64,000 nucleotides of DNA, from positions 1 to 64,000 of the forward strand of contig CAMAPH010000001.1 in NCBI GenBank assembly GCA_945859975.1, given 5' to 3'. Numbering within the stretch: position 1 is the stretch's first letter; every line of letters starts with the position of its first letter. The notes beneath the pieces are model-generated. The model was not told where the DNA came from. It saw only the letters and a program-made list of their open reading frames with translations, and did not search any database. Source of the DNA: Chthonomonas calidirosea. Lineage in GTDB: Bacteria; Armatimonadota; Fimbriimonadia; Fimbriimonadales; Fimbriimonadaceae. This document shows, in pieces, positions 8,248 to 17,706 of this stretch. A program made the position numbers and the translations under genes.

Positions 8248-8687
8248 CCGCGCTTCGCCACATAAACGCCCCTAAACTCAACGCAAACCCGGCCGTGGGC
8301 AATTACCGCGACGTCTACGGCCGTCCATGCCAATCCTGCTCTCCGATACCGGCTCACGAATTCCGCGAAACGGTCTTCAGTAACGCGTGCCACGACGGTG
8401 AAATCCTCTGAGATCGGCGCTCGGTACTTCAGCCGGCTGCGCTGCACCACCAACGGGGCATCGGAAAGCCCATTCACCGCTAGTTCGTGGCTCACCAAAA
8501 CCCAACCGGCAAGGGTGGCAAGTGAGGCGAGACTTCCTCCAAAGGCTGTCCCATGATGGTTAATGTTAGGCGTGAGCGGGCACTGAATCTCAATCTGATG
8601 CCCACCGATGACTGCGACCTTCGCTCCCATCTCGGAGGTGATCGGCAAATGTTGGTGCAGAAACTTGGTCCACTCAGCCGGAGTCAC
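8226..8687 (-). CDS. Hot-dog fold thioesterase (YiiD C-terminal domain family)
   Basis: LPITSEMG...PLTPNINHHGTAFGGSLASLATLAGW motif. Confidence 0.85.
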   Translation of the reverse strand: MTPAEWTKFLHQHLPITSEMGAKVAVIGGHQIEIQCPLTPNINHHGTAFGGSLASLATLAGWVLVSHELAVNGLSDAPLVVQRSRLKYRAPISEDFTVVARVTEDRFAEFVSRYRRAGLAWTAVDVAVIAHGRVCVEFRGVYVAKRGYGVAPK

Positions 8688-8767
8688 GTTCGCTGGTTTA
8701 CCGTATCAAACGCCCACAAAATTATGGGGTTGGCTCGAACCGAAAGTTGGCGTACATTGGTTATAGG

Positions 8768-9871
8768 ATGGCAACCGCAGGGATCGCGCTCGCAATGATT
8801 TCGGTCTTCGTACAGTCCGAAGTTAAGCTTCCCCGCTACGTCTTGCTGAGCATGGCACTCAACGATCAGGCGGCTCTGGAAGACCTGCGCCTGACCCCAG
8901 CCCAACGATTGCGGCTTGAGCAAGCTCAGTCGAGCACCAGCGACATCACGCCCTCGGAGCGATATCAGCTCACCGGTGTTTGGCGATTCCAGCGACAAGG
9001 GGCGCTCGCGGTCGTCCGCTGGTTTCCATCGCTTTCTCCGGCGCAACAGAAGCGCTTTTCTGAGCTGAGCCTTCGAACAGCCGGCCTCATGCCTTGGCTG
9101 GACGATCGAGCCAAAGAGACCTTTTCTCTATCTGACGAAAGCATGTCGAAAGTCGCCGAGCTTCTTGAGAAGTACAACCCATACCGACTGATTCCCGAGC
9201 CAAAATTTGTAGCCCCAAAAAAGAACGCCCCAAGAGCAACTCTCTACGAGTACTGGGAAGATCGCCGCCGAAGGGAAGGAGAGCATCGTCAGCGGATGGC
9301 ATTTGAGTCGCAAAAGCTCGTGTATTCGATTGTGCAAAATTTGTCGGAGCCCGATCGAAGTCGAGTCCAGGAGATGTATGGTCGCCCCTATGCTTCGCGC
9401 TACATCAGCCCAGCCGGTTCTGTTCGTGCGGTAATGCTACGGGACGTCAGTGATCCAGAACGGCTTCGGGAGATCGGTACTGATCCAAAGTTTGTTCGAC
9501 AAGCAGAAGCGGTCCGCGCTGTCCAGCGTAAGTCTCCGATCTACACGCAGAGGGCAATGCAACGCCTAACCGAGAGACGGCTCCAGAAACTCAGCAGTGA
9601 AAATGTGGATCGTCTGTTTCAGTCTGCCGTTCAACATGCCGGTCCAAGCGCGCTCCTTCTGCCTGAAGTCGTGGAGGCGCTTAACCTCGTGCCACAACAG
9701 TCTGAAAGTATCTATATGGTTCTACTTTCGTGCGCAGGCGCTACGAGTCCAGCAGATAACGCACGCATCGAGAGCGTTCTAACCCCTGCGCAGTTGCAGA
9801 GATGGCAACAACTAGCCCAAACCCATTTGAACGTCTCGACCAACCCAACCCGCGCTATAGCTTCGCTCTAA
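8768..9871 (+). CDS. Exported helical hypothetical protein with LTxxQ-like (Spy/CpxP-type) motifs
   Basis: Signal-like N-terminus; repeated LRLTPAQ, LSPAQQ, LNLVPQQ, VLTPAQ. Confidence 0.6.
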   Translation: MATAGIALAMISVFVQSEVKLPRYVLLSMALNDQAALEDLRLTPAQRLRLEQAQSSTSDITPSERYQLTGVWRFQRQGALAVVRWFPSLSPAQQKRFSELSLRTAGLMPWLDDRAKETFSLSDESMSKVAELLEKYNPYRLIPEPKFVAPKKNAPRATLYEYWEDRRRREGEHRQRMAFESQKLVYSIVQNLSEPDRSRVQEMYGRPYASRYISPAGSVRAVMLRDVSDPERLREIGTDPKFVRQAEAVRAVQRKSPIYTQRAMQRLTERRLQKLSSENVDRLFQSAVQHAGPSALLLPEVVEALNLVPQQSESIYMVLLSCAGATSPADNARIESVLTPAQLQRWQQLAQTHLNVSTNPTRAIASL

Positions 9872-12042
9872 CGCGTGGCCGCGAACAGAGAAGACTGCGC
9901 GTTTTCCTTTCCTTCTTCTCGATACACCGACTCGTACTTCTTGGCGTTTGCGGAGAGCTCACTTGCGGGGAACTCCGTATAAACGCGCTTTAGTAGATCT
10001 GCCGCCCCGTTGTAGTAGGTTGCTGAAGTTTCGTATCGCCACCAGCTGTTGAAGTCGGCGAGTCGGCGGGTGGCCGTCGCAGCGCGATAAAGCGCCTTGG
10101 CCGTGGTCGCTTCCTTAGGATGCTCGCTCGCAATCTCCAGACATATTCTCCGAGCTTGCGCCAGTGCCTCATGTTCGAAACAGTGTTCGCTTACCGCGCT
10201 CTTATCGGATTGGTCCGTGATTCCCGTGTTCAGTCCGACCAATACGCCGCGTCCGCCTTGCCACAACGAAGCATTGTAGAGCAGTAGGTTTCGGCGATTG
10301 TAGAAATAGCTTGCAAGTTCATACTTGGCCGATGCTTTCGCGCTACCCGACGATCGCGCAATTTTCTCTTCAAGCGCCTTTAGGTCGCGAGTCGTCTGCA
10401 ACGGATCAGGAATAGTGTCCAGAAGGCCAGACTCGTCTTGGAGCCAGGCATAGTTACGTTCGCCAACCTCTGCGAGCTTCTTTCTTCGCGCCTCGGGAAT
10501 CGAACTAAAGGCCGCTTCCGCCTCTGCATATCCACCTTTGCGAAGTAGTCGATACCCGTACGCGAGCCGGTATTTGTCGGCATCAGGCTGAGCCTTCCTC
10601 TCGGTTGCCACGAGGTTAATCTCTTCGGGACTCATGCGAACATCCAGCAAATACGCCACATCCATGCGGTACTCAAGCTTTTCGAAATCTGCCAGAGCCA
10701 GCACAAGTTCCTTGTTCCGAATGTGCAAAGAAGCCCGATACTCAATCGCCGGATTCTTCAGGTAGCTCTTGGCGTACCTCGACTCGAATTGCTCAAGGAT
10801 TTTCAGGGTCTCGGCTTGCTTGCCTTGCTTTTCGTAGGCGGCAGCAAGCACATACGACGCTAAGTCAGCGCCTTTTGCCGTTGAAGGAATGTTCTTTGAA
10901 AGCACGACAGCTCGCGGATAGTCCTTTGCCAAGAAAGCGATCTCGGCAACTCTTGCCGCAAGTTCCGGTCGAAGCTGTGGGTATCGGTCCGTCACTTCTT
11001 TGGCCAGAGCACTAAGCGCTTTTAGGTCTGCTTTGGGATTCTCGTCTTCCCAGCTACGATAGAAGTGATAAAGCCTAAACGCTAGATACTCTTCGGCGAG
11101 CGTCTGGTCCGCGAGGATTCCGGCTCGGAAGGATTTCGCTTGGGCGGGCGAAAGTCGCAGGTACGCCTTCCTAAAACTACTAAGCGCACTCAGCTCATCG
11201 CTCTCTTGCGTCGCGCTGCCGACGAGCCGAAGGTATCTGAGCGCAGCTTGATCGTATTGCTTGTTTGCAAACAACGGTCGCGCGAGCCAATGCTGAGCAT
11301 TCCAGCGAAATCGAGTGGCCGAAGGATCCTGAGTAATCGCCTGGAACCGAGTGACTGCCGCCAAACCCAGCGATCGATTTTTTGGTACCGGACTGCCCTC
11401 AAATGGGTAAGCCGCGTCCATTCCCTTCCTCGCTGCCATCACGGTTGCGGGCAACTTTCGTGGACCGTTTAGCCGAGCCGCCTGCCCAAACAGAGCCGCC
11501 GCCTTGGCCGAGTCCTGCTCGGCATCCGCTCGAACGTACAAGGCAAAAGGCAACACGACGGGACTTGTGATCGAAGTGAGGTCCGTAACGCCAGAACCCG
11601 CCTTGCTGCCTTCCTTCCGATACGCAGCAAAGAACCGTCCCCAATCGGCCGAGGGCTTGGCGGCGGCGAGTTGAGTGGCCTCTCGCAGCAGCCGATACCG
11701 CTCAATCTTCCCCTGGGTGAAATCAAACTGAGCCTTTGCCGTGATGCTGGCCGCGCGGTAGTTCTGCTTTGCTAGCTCCGCGGCAAGTCGCCCGTCGAGC
11801 TTGGTCGCCTTTTCTTCTCGCGTGTAGATATCGTTCTCAGACTGGTAGCGGTTGTTGTAGAAAGGGTTCGATCTCGGAGACCGCTCGTCCCAGCTAGATA
11901 TCACCATTGGCGAAGGCGGTACGCCCCAGTCGACATCCGGGGAGTTGAAATAGACCGTATCGTAGAATTCGCCGGTACAGGCCAGGACCAAGGCGCTTGC
12001 CGCGATGCTTCCAATCACAAAACCCACCCGTCGTGTCGACAT
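9868..12042 (-). CDS. Large exported TPR-like protein, partner of the upstream DUF3142-like gene
   Basis: Signal peptide ending LAC; helical TPR-like repeats (ALYRAA, YPxS-type motifs); 1-nt overlap with the upstream gene. Confidence 0.75.
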   Translation of the reverse strand: MSTRRVGFVIGSIAASALVLACTGEFYDTVYFNSPDVDWGVPPSPMVISSWDERSPRSNPFYNNRYQSENDIYTREEKATKLDGRLAAELAKQNYRAASITAKAQFDFTQGKIERYRLLREATQLAAAKPSADWGRFFAAYRKEGSKAGSGVTDLTSITSPVVLPFALYVRADAEQDSAKAAALFGQAARLNGPRKLPATVMAARKGMDAAYPFEGSPVPKNRSLGLAAVTRFQAITQDPSATRFRWNAQHWLARPLFANKQYDQAALRYLRLVGSATQESDELSALSSFRKAYLRLSPAQAKSFRAGILADQTLAEEYLAFRLYHFYRSWEDENPKADLKALSALAKEVTDRYPQLRPELAARVAEIAFLAKDYPRAVVLSKNIPSTAKGADLASYVLAAAYEKQGKQAETLKILEQFESRYAKSYLKNPAIEYRASLHIRNKELVLALADFEKLEYRMDVAYLLDVRMSPEEINLVATERKAQPDADKYRLAYGYRLLRKGGYAEAEAAFSSIPEARRKKLAEVGERNYAWLQDESGLLDTIPDPLQTTRDLKALEEKIARSSGSAKASAKYELASYFYNRRNLLLYNASLWQGGRGVLVGLNTGITDQSDKSAVSEHCFEHEALAQARRICLEIASEHPKEATTAKALYRAATATRRLADFNSWWRYETSATYYNGAADLLKRVYTEFPASELSANAKKYESVYREEGKENAQSSLFAATR

Positions 12043-13496
12043 TATTTCAATTCTAACCGAACGGGTCTGTAAGTGACAGTCTTGCCCGAGATTGATTTCC
12101 CGGTCACCGTAACGACTAGCTCTCCAATTCCTTCTGCCATCAAGTAAACGACTGTCTTTTGCCCGGCCTCCAACCCTGGCCCGAGCAGGGTCATCTTTGA
12201 AACCAGCTCCGGAGTTGTGCCGGAGGATTTAAGCCGACGAGATCTGACTTGAGAAATGGTCACCCCACGCCATTCAAGATCGACCCGCATCCCTCTAGGG
12301 TCGAGGCTCATGGTCGTAAGGTCACCTTCCAGCTTGATTGCCACCTCGTTCCTCAACTTGCCATTCGCATCCACAAGCGCCGCAACGTCGCGTCGAACTT
12401 CGGTCTCTATGTTCAGCCCGACGTCAAACCCTGGTTTTAGCCCGGTCCAGATTTGCGGCGTCTCATCCCCGGTCCAACGATACAGGATGACCCCCTGCCG
12501 CTTTCCGCCCGGAAGTTTGCCGAGGGCTTCCAGAAACTCGCGAACCGTTTCCGGTCCCGTGAGCGCGTACACCAATCGGTACCCCTTGCCCCGCCCATCC
12601 GCTCCCGCTTTCGTCGCCCGGAACCGCACGAGTTGCTCTCCATGGTTCGATGTGTGCTTCTCGAATTCCATTGCGGGATGCTTAAATGCTTGTTCCAGCG
12701 TGAGGCCGCGGTGCACCGTCACAAACCGCCCTCGCTCATCGAACAGGTAAGCCTGACTATATGCCGGAATCCCGATTCGGTACCAGTGGCCGGATTCGTT
12801 GAGCTTTTCAACCGTGCGCTTCAGTTGTCCAAAATCGCTCAGGTGCATCTTCTCAGGTCCCTCGCGGAGGTACCCCTCATACAGCTGCGGCACGGTCCAG
12901 CTTGTCGCTTCCTGAAGCTCCTTAAATTCCGGCGTTCCGACCCAGGATTGAAGTGCGGTGACCGAGACTTCACGATTCGCTAACTGTTCACGAATCTTGC
13001 GCACCAACTTCGCGTAATCTCGTAGCCGACTCTGCGGCAAGTCGAAGTCCAGTTGAATCCCTATGACGGTTAGCCCGACGTCTTCGGCCAGTGTTTCGTC
13101 GGCATTGTAAGCATTGCCTATCTCGTCGGCAATCTGTCGAATCAGAAGTTCTTTCTTCTCGGAGCTTTCAGTTGAATTCGACGAATCGCCCAGCGCGGAA
13201 GCGATGTGCCGAAGTGCGCCTGCGTCTGCGTTGTAAACGAGCCGGACGCCAAACTTCTCGCTTTGCTCCCACTCTTGCCGAAGGTGAACTAGGTACCGCT
13301 CGCCGTCGTAGGTTAGGGTCCCGGCTCGTACATAGAGCTCATCTAGCCCGGCGCTCTTTGCCTTGCTCGCCTGGGCCAGCGTCACTTCGACCGGGCTGTG
13401 CCAGTACCAAGCTCCAACCTTTGGTCTGTCGGGTGGACCTTCAATTCGGCAGCCAAAAAGCAGTAGGCAAACCGCAAACAAACTAAGAACGCGCAT
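12042..13496 (-). CDS. DUF3142-like lipoprotein (GH18-like TIM barrel)
   Basis: Lipobox LLFGC; AWYWH, GIQLDFDLPQSRLRDY, SVTALQSW, YRIGIPAY motifs. Confidence 0.75.
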   Translation of the reverse strand: MRVLSLFAVCLLLFGCRIEGPPDRPKVGAWYWHSPVEVTLAQASKAKSAGLDELYVRAGTLTYDGERYLVHLRQEWEQSEKFGVRLVYNADAGALRHIASALGDSSNSTESSEKKELLIRQIADEIGNAYNADETLAEDVGLTVIGIQLDFDLPQSRLRDYAKLVRKIREQLANREVSVTALQSWVGTPEFKELQEATSWTVPQLYEGYLREGPEKMHLSDFGQLKRTVEKLNESGHWYRIGIPAYSQAYLFDERGRFVTVHRGLTLEQAFKHPAMEFEKHTSNHGEQLVRFRATKAGADGRGKGYRLVYALTGPETVREFLEALGKLPGGKRQGVILYRWTGDETPQIWTGLKPGFDVGLNIETEVRRDVAALVDANGKLRNEVAIKLEGDLTTMSLDPRGMRVDLEWRGVTISQVRSRRLKSSGTTPELVSKMTLLGPGLEAGQKTVVYLMAEGIGELVVTVTGKSISGKTVTYRPVRLELK

Positions 13497-14982
13497 TTCG
13501 GAAGCCATCGAGCATGGACCATGCCGGTTGATCATTCTGGATAGCAGGTCCAGTTGTGGGGCCAGGCGTTAGGGGCTGAGTCGCTCTAGCCGCAACGAGC
13601 GCCAGCTCCGGCCCGGGTTCCGGAACACTCCAAGTCTCCAAAAACGTTGCGAGCGTCCCCGTGTGAATGTGGCCGGACTGGAACGTTTCATCGGCCAGCA
13701 AATCGATAATTAATCCTGCATTGGTGTCGACCCCTAGGATGTGAAGGTCCAACAACGCGGCACGCAGCCTATGAACTGCCGTCACCCGATCGGGTCCATG
13801 CGCAATGATCTTGGCCAACATCGAGTCATAAAATCGGCTCACTTCATCGCCAACTTCGAAGCCAGAATCCACCCGAATGTGAGGATTTCGCGGAGTAAGC
13901 CAAGCTCGAATTTTGCCCAACGACGGCACGAAGCCTTTGCCTGGATTCTCGGCAACAATTCGGGCCTCAATAGCGTGGCCAAAGATCTCACTTCGTTCCC
14001 CATCAATCAGTCCTTGCGGGAATGAGAGCGGCAGCCCTGACGCCACTCGAATCTGCTCCGCGACCAAATCGACGCCCGTAATCGCCTCGGTGACCGGATG
14101 CTCAACCTGCAATCGTGCATTCACTTCGAGGAAATAGAACGCGTCGGTCTCGGGATCGACGATAAACTCTGCCGTCCCGGCGTTCTCATACTCCGCCGCC
14201 AAAACCAGCTTGCGCGTTGCATCTCGCATGGCTTCCCATGGCACTTCGCGGGCAGCCGGGGCCTCTTCGATGAGCTTCTGGTGTCGGCGTTGGATGCTGC
14301 ATTCTCGCTCAAAGAGCGTGGCCACATTCCCGTGACCGTCCGCGATGAACTGAACCTCCACGTGCCTTGGGTTTCGAACATACTTCTCGACCAACATTGT
14401 TCCGTCGCCGAATGACTTGAGTGCTTCGTCAGAGGCAAGGTGGAATTCGTCGGCAAAGGCGCTTGGGTCATGGACGATGCGCATTCCCCGCCCGCCGCCG
14501 CCACTGGATGCTTTCAGCATTACCGGGTAGCCGATGCCTACCGCTGCGGCCTGCAGTTCTTCGAGGCGTCCCTGCCCTTCGAACCCTGGCACGGAAGGAA
14601 CTTCAGCGAGGCGTGCAAGTGCTTTTGCGTCGGCTTTTGTTCCCAGCTTCCGCATCGCTGCTCCGCTTGGCCCAACAAACCGGATGCCCGCGGCGATACA
14701 TGCTTCCGCGAACTCGGCTCGTTCGCTCAGAAATCCGTAACCAGGATGGATAGCGTCTGCCCCGTGTTCGATTGCCGCCGCCAAAATCAGATCTGCACGA
14801 AGGTAACTCTCAGAGGCCGGACCCGGGCCGAGACGAATTGAGACGTCTGCCTCACGCACAAAGCGCAAACCCGCGTCGGCGTCGCTATAGACCGCAATCG
14901 TTCGAATCCCCAATTCACGGCACGTTTGAAAAATCCGGCAGGCAATCTCGCCTCGGTTCGCAACAAGTAGAGACTTAATCAT
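13483..14982 (-). CDS. Biotin carboxylase subunit of an acyl-CoA (methylcrotonyl-CoA-like) carboxylase
   Basis: LLVANRGEIA, HPGYGFLSE, GGGGRGMR, ERECSIQRRHQK, EVNARLQVEHPVTE; no C-terminal biotin-carrier domain. Confidence 0.92.
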   Translation of the reverse strand: MIKSLLVANRGEIACRIFQTCRELGIRTIAVYSDADAGLRFVREADVSIRLGPGPASESYLRADLILAAAIEHGADAIHPGYGFLSERAEFAEACIAAGIRFVGPSGAAMRKLGTKADAKALARLAEVPSVPGFEGQGRLEELQAAAVGIGYPVMLKASSGGGGRGMRIVHDPSAFADEFHLASDEALKSFGDGTMLVEKYVRNPRHVEVQFIADGHGNVATLFERECSIQRRHQKLIEEAPAAREVPWEAMRDATRKLVLAAEYENAGTAEFIVDPETDAFYFLEVNARLQVEHPVTEAITGVDLVAEQIRVASGLPLSFPQGLIDGERSEIFGHAIEARIVAENPGKGFVPSLGKIRAWLTPRNPHIRVDSGFEVGDEVSRFYDSMLAKIIAHGPDRVTAVHRLRAALLDLHILGVDTNAGLIIDLLADETFQSGHIHTGTLATFLETWSVPEPGPELALVAARATQPLTPGPTTGPAIQNDQPAWSMLDGFRNARS

Positions 14983-15728
14983 TTGCCACCCCAATTCGCT
15001 TTCCGCTTCTCTAGAAATGCGGTGATCCCTTCCTTCGCTTCTTCACCCGCTCGTGTTTTCGCAAGTAACCCCGCGGCCTCGGGTCCATCGAGTGGTGCGG
15101 AAATGGCCAGTTGCTTGCTGGCTCGAACGGCAAGGGGGCCGTTTGACAGAATCGCCTTGAGCAACCTTTCCACCGCGCCCACTAACTCCGTCTCGTCCAC
15201 CACCGAACTCACAAGTCCGATCTCCTTGCCTCGCGCAGCATCAAACGGCTGGGCGGTGACAAAGAGCTCTCGCGAATAGCTTCCGATCTTTCTTAAAACA
15301 AAAGGTGAGATAGTCGCCGGAATCAGTCCGAGCTTCGCTTCACTAAAAGCGAAGAGAGCCGTTGAACTAGCGACCACGATATCCGCGGCCGCAACAATTC
15401 CGCACCCACCACCGAAACACGGGCCATGAACCTGAGCAATTACAGGCACCGGACATCGATAGACCGCATCGAACATCTCGTACAGTTTTAAGGCATCGGC
15501 AGCGTTTTCTGCCTCGGACTGAGTGGCTTGCTCCCGCATCCAGTTGAGGTCTCCACCGGCGCAAAAGGCTTCCCCTTCGCCTCGAATCACAACGGCGCGA
15601 TCACTTTCGGTGATACCGGAGAGTGCCGTAGTCAGCGCTTGGATGAGCGAAGCGTTGAACGCGTTTCGAACCTCGGGACGGTTGAGCCCCAAGTGCAGAA
15701 CGCCGTTTTTTCGCTCTTCGATGAGCAT
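14979..15728 (-). CDS. Enoyl-CoA hydratase family (methylglutaconyl-CoA hydratase-like)
   Basis: LNRPEVRNAF, FCAGGDL, FSEAKLGLIPATISP; ATGA overlap with the carboxylase gene. Confidence 0.9.
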   Translation of the reverse strand: MLIEERKNGVLHLGLNRPEVRNAFNASLIQALTTALSGITESDRAVVIRGEGEAFCAGGDLNWMREQATQSEAENAADALKLYEMFDAVYRCPVPVIAQVHGPCFGGGCGIVAAADIVVASSTALFAFSEAKLGLIPATISPFVLRKIGSYSRELFVTAQPFDAARGKEIGLVSSVVDETELVGAVERLLKAILSNGPLAVRASKQLAISAPLDGPEAAGLLAKTRAGEEAKEGITAFLEKRKANWGGK

Positions 15729-15777
15729 GGCCAAGTATGGCTCAGATACCCATCAGGCGGCATGTCACAATGACCAA

Positions 15778-16263
15778 GTGCCACCTGAGGTTCGCTTCAC
15801 CTCTGACCGTTTCACCGTTTCCCGGTTCGATCTGGCAAAGGTCGGCGCGATCACCTACTTCAAATCGTTCTGGTGGTTTGCGCTCACGATCCCGCTATTC
15901 GGGATTTTCGCTTTCGCATTTGGAACAGGAATCCTTCGGGCGATCGGAGCGATGGCGATCCTGTGGCCGCTCACCATTCCAGGACGAGCATTTCTTGCAT
16001 CTAGCAAGTCGAGTCGCTTGTTCACTCGAGGATGCAAAGTGCTAGGCGATGAAACCGCGCTCTACTTCCAGGGCGACAACAACGACGGGATGAAGCTGGT
16101 GCGCGAATCTTTCCGGAGAATCGAATCGCAAGGCGACCTCGACCTCGTTCACACGCGGCGTCTTGGCGTCATTCCAATACCAAAAGCCGCCTGGTCCGAA
16201 GCGGACTACGCGGCTTTTCGAGCGGAATTAACCGAGTGGCAGAATGATTTATCGCGAGCTTAA
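15778..16263 (+). CDS. YcxB-like membrane protein
   Basis: Two TM helices then a beta-rich domain ending IPIPKAAW; GTG start 6 nt after CACAAT. Confidence 0.6.
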   Translation: MPPEVRFTSDRFTVSRFDLAKVGAITYFKSFWWFALTIPLFGIFAFAFGTGILRAIGAMAILWPLTIPGRAFLASSKSSRLFTRGCKVLGDETALYFQGDNNDGMKLVRESFRRIESQGDLDLVHTRRLGVIPIPKAAWSEADYAAFRAELTEWQNDLSRA

Positions 16264-17706
16264 GAACTGCGTCAAGGGTGAGTAGAACACCATCGCAGCA
16301 ATCACCGCGACTGCGCACAGCACACACGTGTTCTGGATTGCCGGTCGGAAGCGCGCGAAGCTGATCTCCTCGGTAGGGCCGTCAGTAAGCGCCACAAGTC
16401 GAGCAATGTTGAGATAGTAAGCCGCGCTCACGATACTGGAGACCGCCAGCACGACTGCGAGCGGCAGCAGGTCTGCGTTTAAGGCATCTTGGAAAATCAA
16501 TAGCTTTCCGAAGAATCCGCTGGTTGGCGGAAGCCCCATTAGCGAGACCATGAACACCACCATGCAAGCCGCGGCTACGCGGGATCGTTGCCAAAGTCCT
16601 CGAAGGTCATCGAGCCCGGTGGACTCTTTGCCGTCGTGGGCAAGCAGCGAGATCACGGCAAAGGAGCCGATCGTCATCAAGGTGTAGCTGAGAACGTAAT
16701 AGATCACCGTCTCGGGCCCGATTCGACCCGGGTTCTTTCCGTGTGCAATTAGCGCAACCAAGATGTATCCGGCGTGAGAGATCGAGCTATAGCCGAGCAC
16801 ACGCTTCACGTCCTTCTGCATCAGCGCGACGATGTTTCCGTAGAGCATCGTAAGCACCGCGATCAAACCCAGCGCCGGTGCCCAGATGGCTTGCATTGCG
16901 GTTGCTGACTCAAGCAACCGAAAAAGGAAAGCAAAGGCGGCCGTCTTTCCAACCGTCGCCATGAAGGCAGTAACGTTGGTCGGCGCACCTTGGTAAACGT
17001 CCGGCGTCCACTGGTGGAATGGGAAGAAGCTTGCTTTGAAGCCAAGTCCGATGAGAAGCAATGCGAGACCGAAGGCGAGCAATGCCTGCACGTTAGGATC
17101 CTTCGATGCCCAAGCCAGACCAATCCCTTCGATGCCGAGCCCGCCGGTTGCGCCATATACGTTTGCAATTCCGTAAAGGAGGAATCCACTGGCAAAAGCC
17201 CCCAACAGGAAGTATTTCAGCGCGCTTTCTTCGCCCTTCTCTTCAACGCGGCTGATACCGGCCAAAACGTAGAGCGCGATGCTGAGGATTTCTAGGCCGA
17301 CGAACATGACCAGCAAGTTTTCGGTGCAGCACATCATCATGGCGCCGACCGTGCTCCAGAGCATCAGCGGATAGAACTCACCGAACGGAATCTTCTTTTC
17401 GCGAAGATAGCCCTCAGAAAAAGCGATTGTAGCGGAAGCCCCAATGACGCAGACCAATTGCATGGCCAGTCCAAACTGGTCACGGATGATCGTTCCGGCA
17501 AAGCTCGTCTCAGTTTCAAGTCCAAACTGCCGAATCAGCATCGCGGCCGCCATGAGGAGACCAATTTGGGATGCCCAAACGATTAGATTGTTGTCTCGCT
17601 TTGGAAACAGCATTTCCAAAATGAGGGCAAAAATCCCTGCCACCGCAACCATTGCAATGGGGAGCACCATGCTCCAGTTTGTATTCGGCATCAGTGTCTG
17701 AATCAT
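16249..17706 (-). CDS. nuoN: NADH-quinone oxidoreductase subunit N
   Basis: ESALKYFLLG, FKASFFPFHQWTPDVYQGAPT, KRVLGYSSISHAGY. Confidence 0.95.
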   Translation of the reverse strand: MIQTLMPNTNWSMVLPIAMVAVAGIFALILEMLFPKRDNNLIVWASQIGLLMAAAMLIRQFGLETETSFAGTIIRDQFGLAMQLVCVIGASATIAFSEGYLREKKIPFGEFYPLMLWSTVGAMMMCCTENLLVMFVGLEILSIALYVLAGISRVEEKGEESALKYFLLGAFASGFLLYGIANVYGATGGLGIEGIGLAWASKDPNVQALLAFGLALLLIGLGFKASFFPFHQWTPDVYQGAPTNVTAFMATVGKTAAFAFLFRLLESATAMQAIWAPALGLIAVLTMLYGNIVALMQKDVKRVLGYSSISHAGYILVALIAHGKNPGRIGPETVIYYVLSYTLMTIGSFAVISLLAHDGKESTGLDDLRGLWQRSRVAAACMVVFMVSLMGLPPTSGFFGKLLIFQDALNADLLPLAVVLAVSSIVSAAYYLNIARLVALTDGPTEEISFARFRPAIQNTCVLCAVAVIAAMVFYSPLTQFLSSR

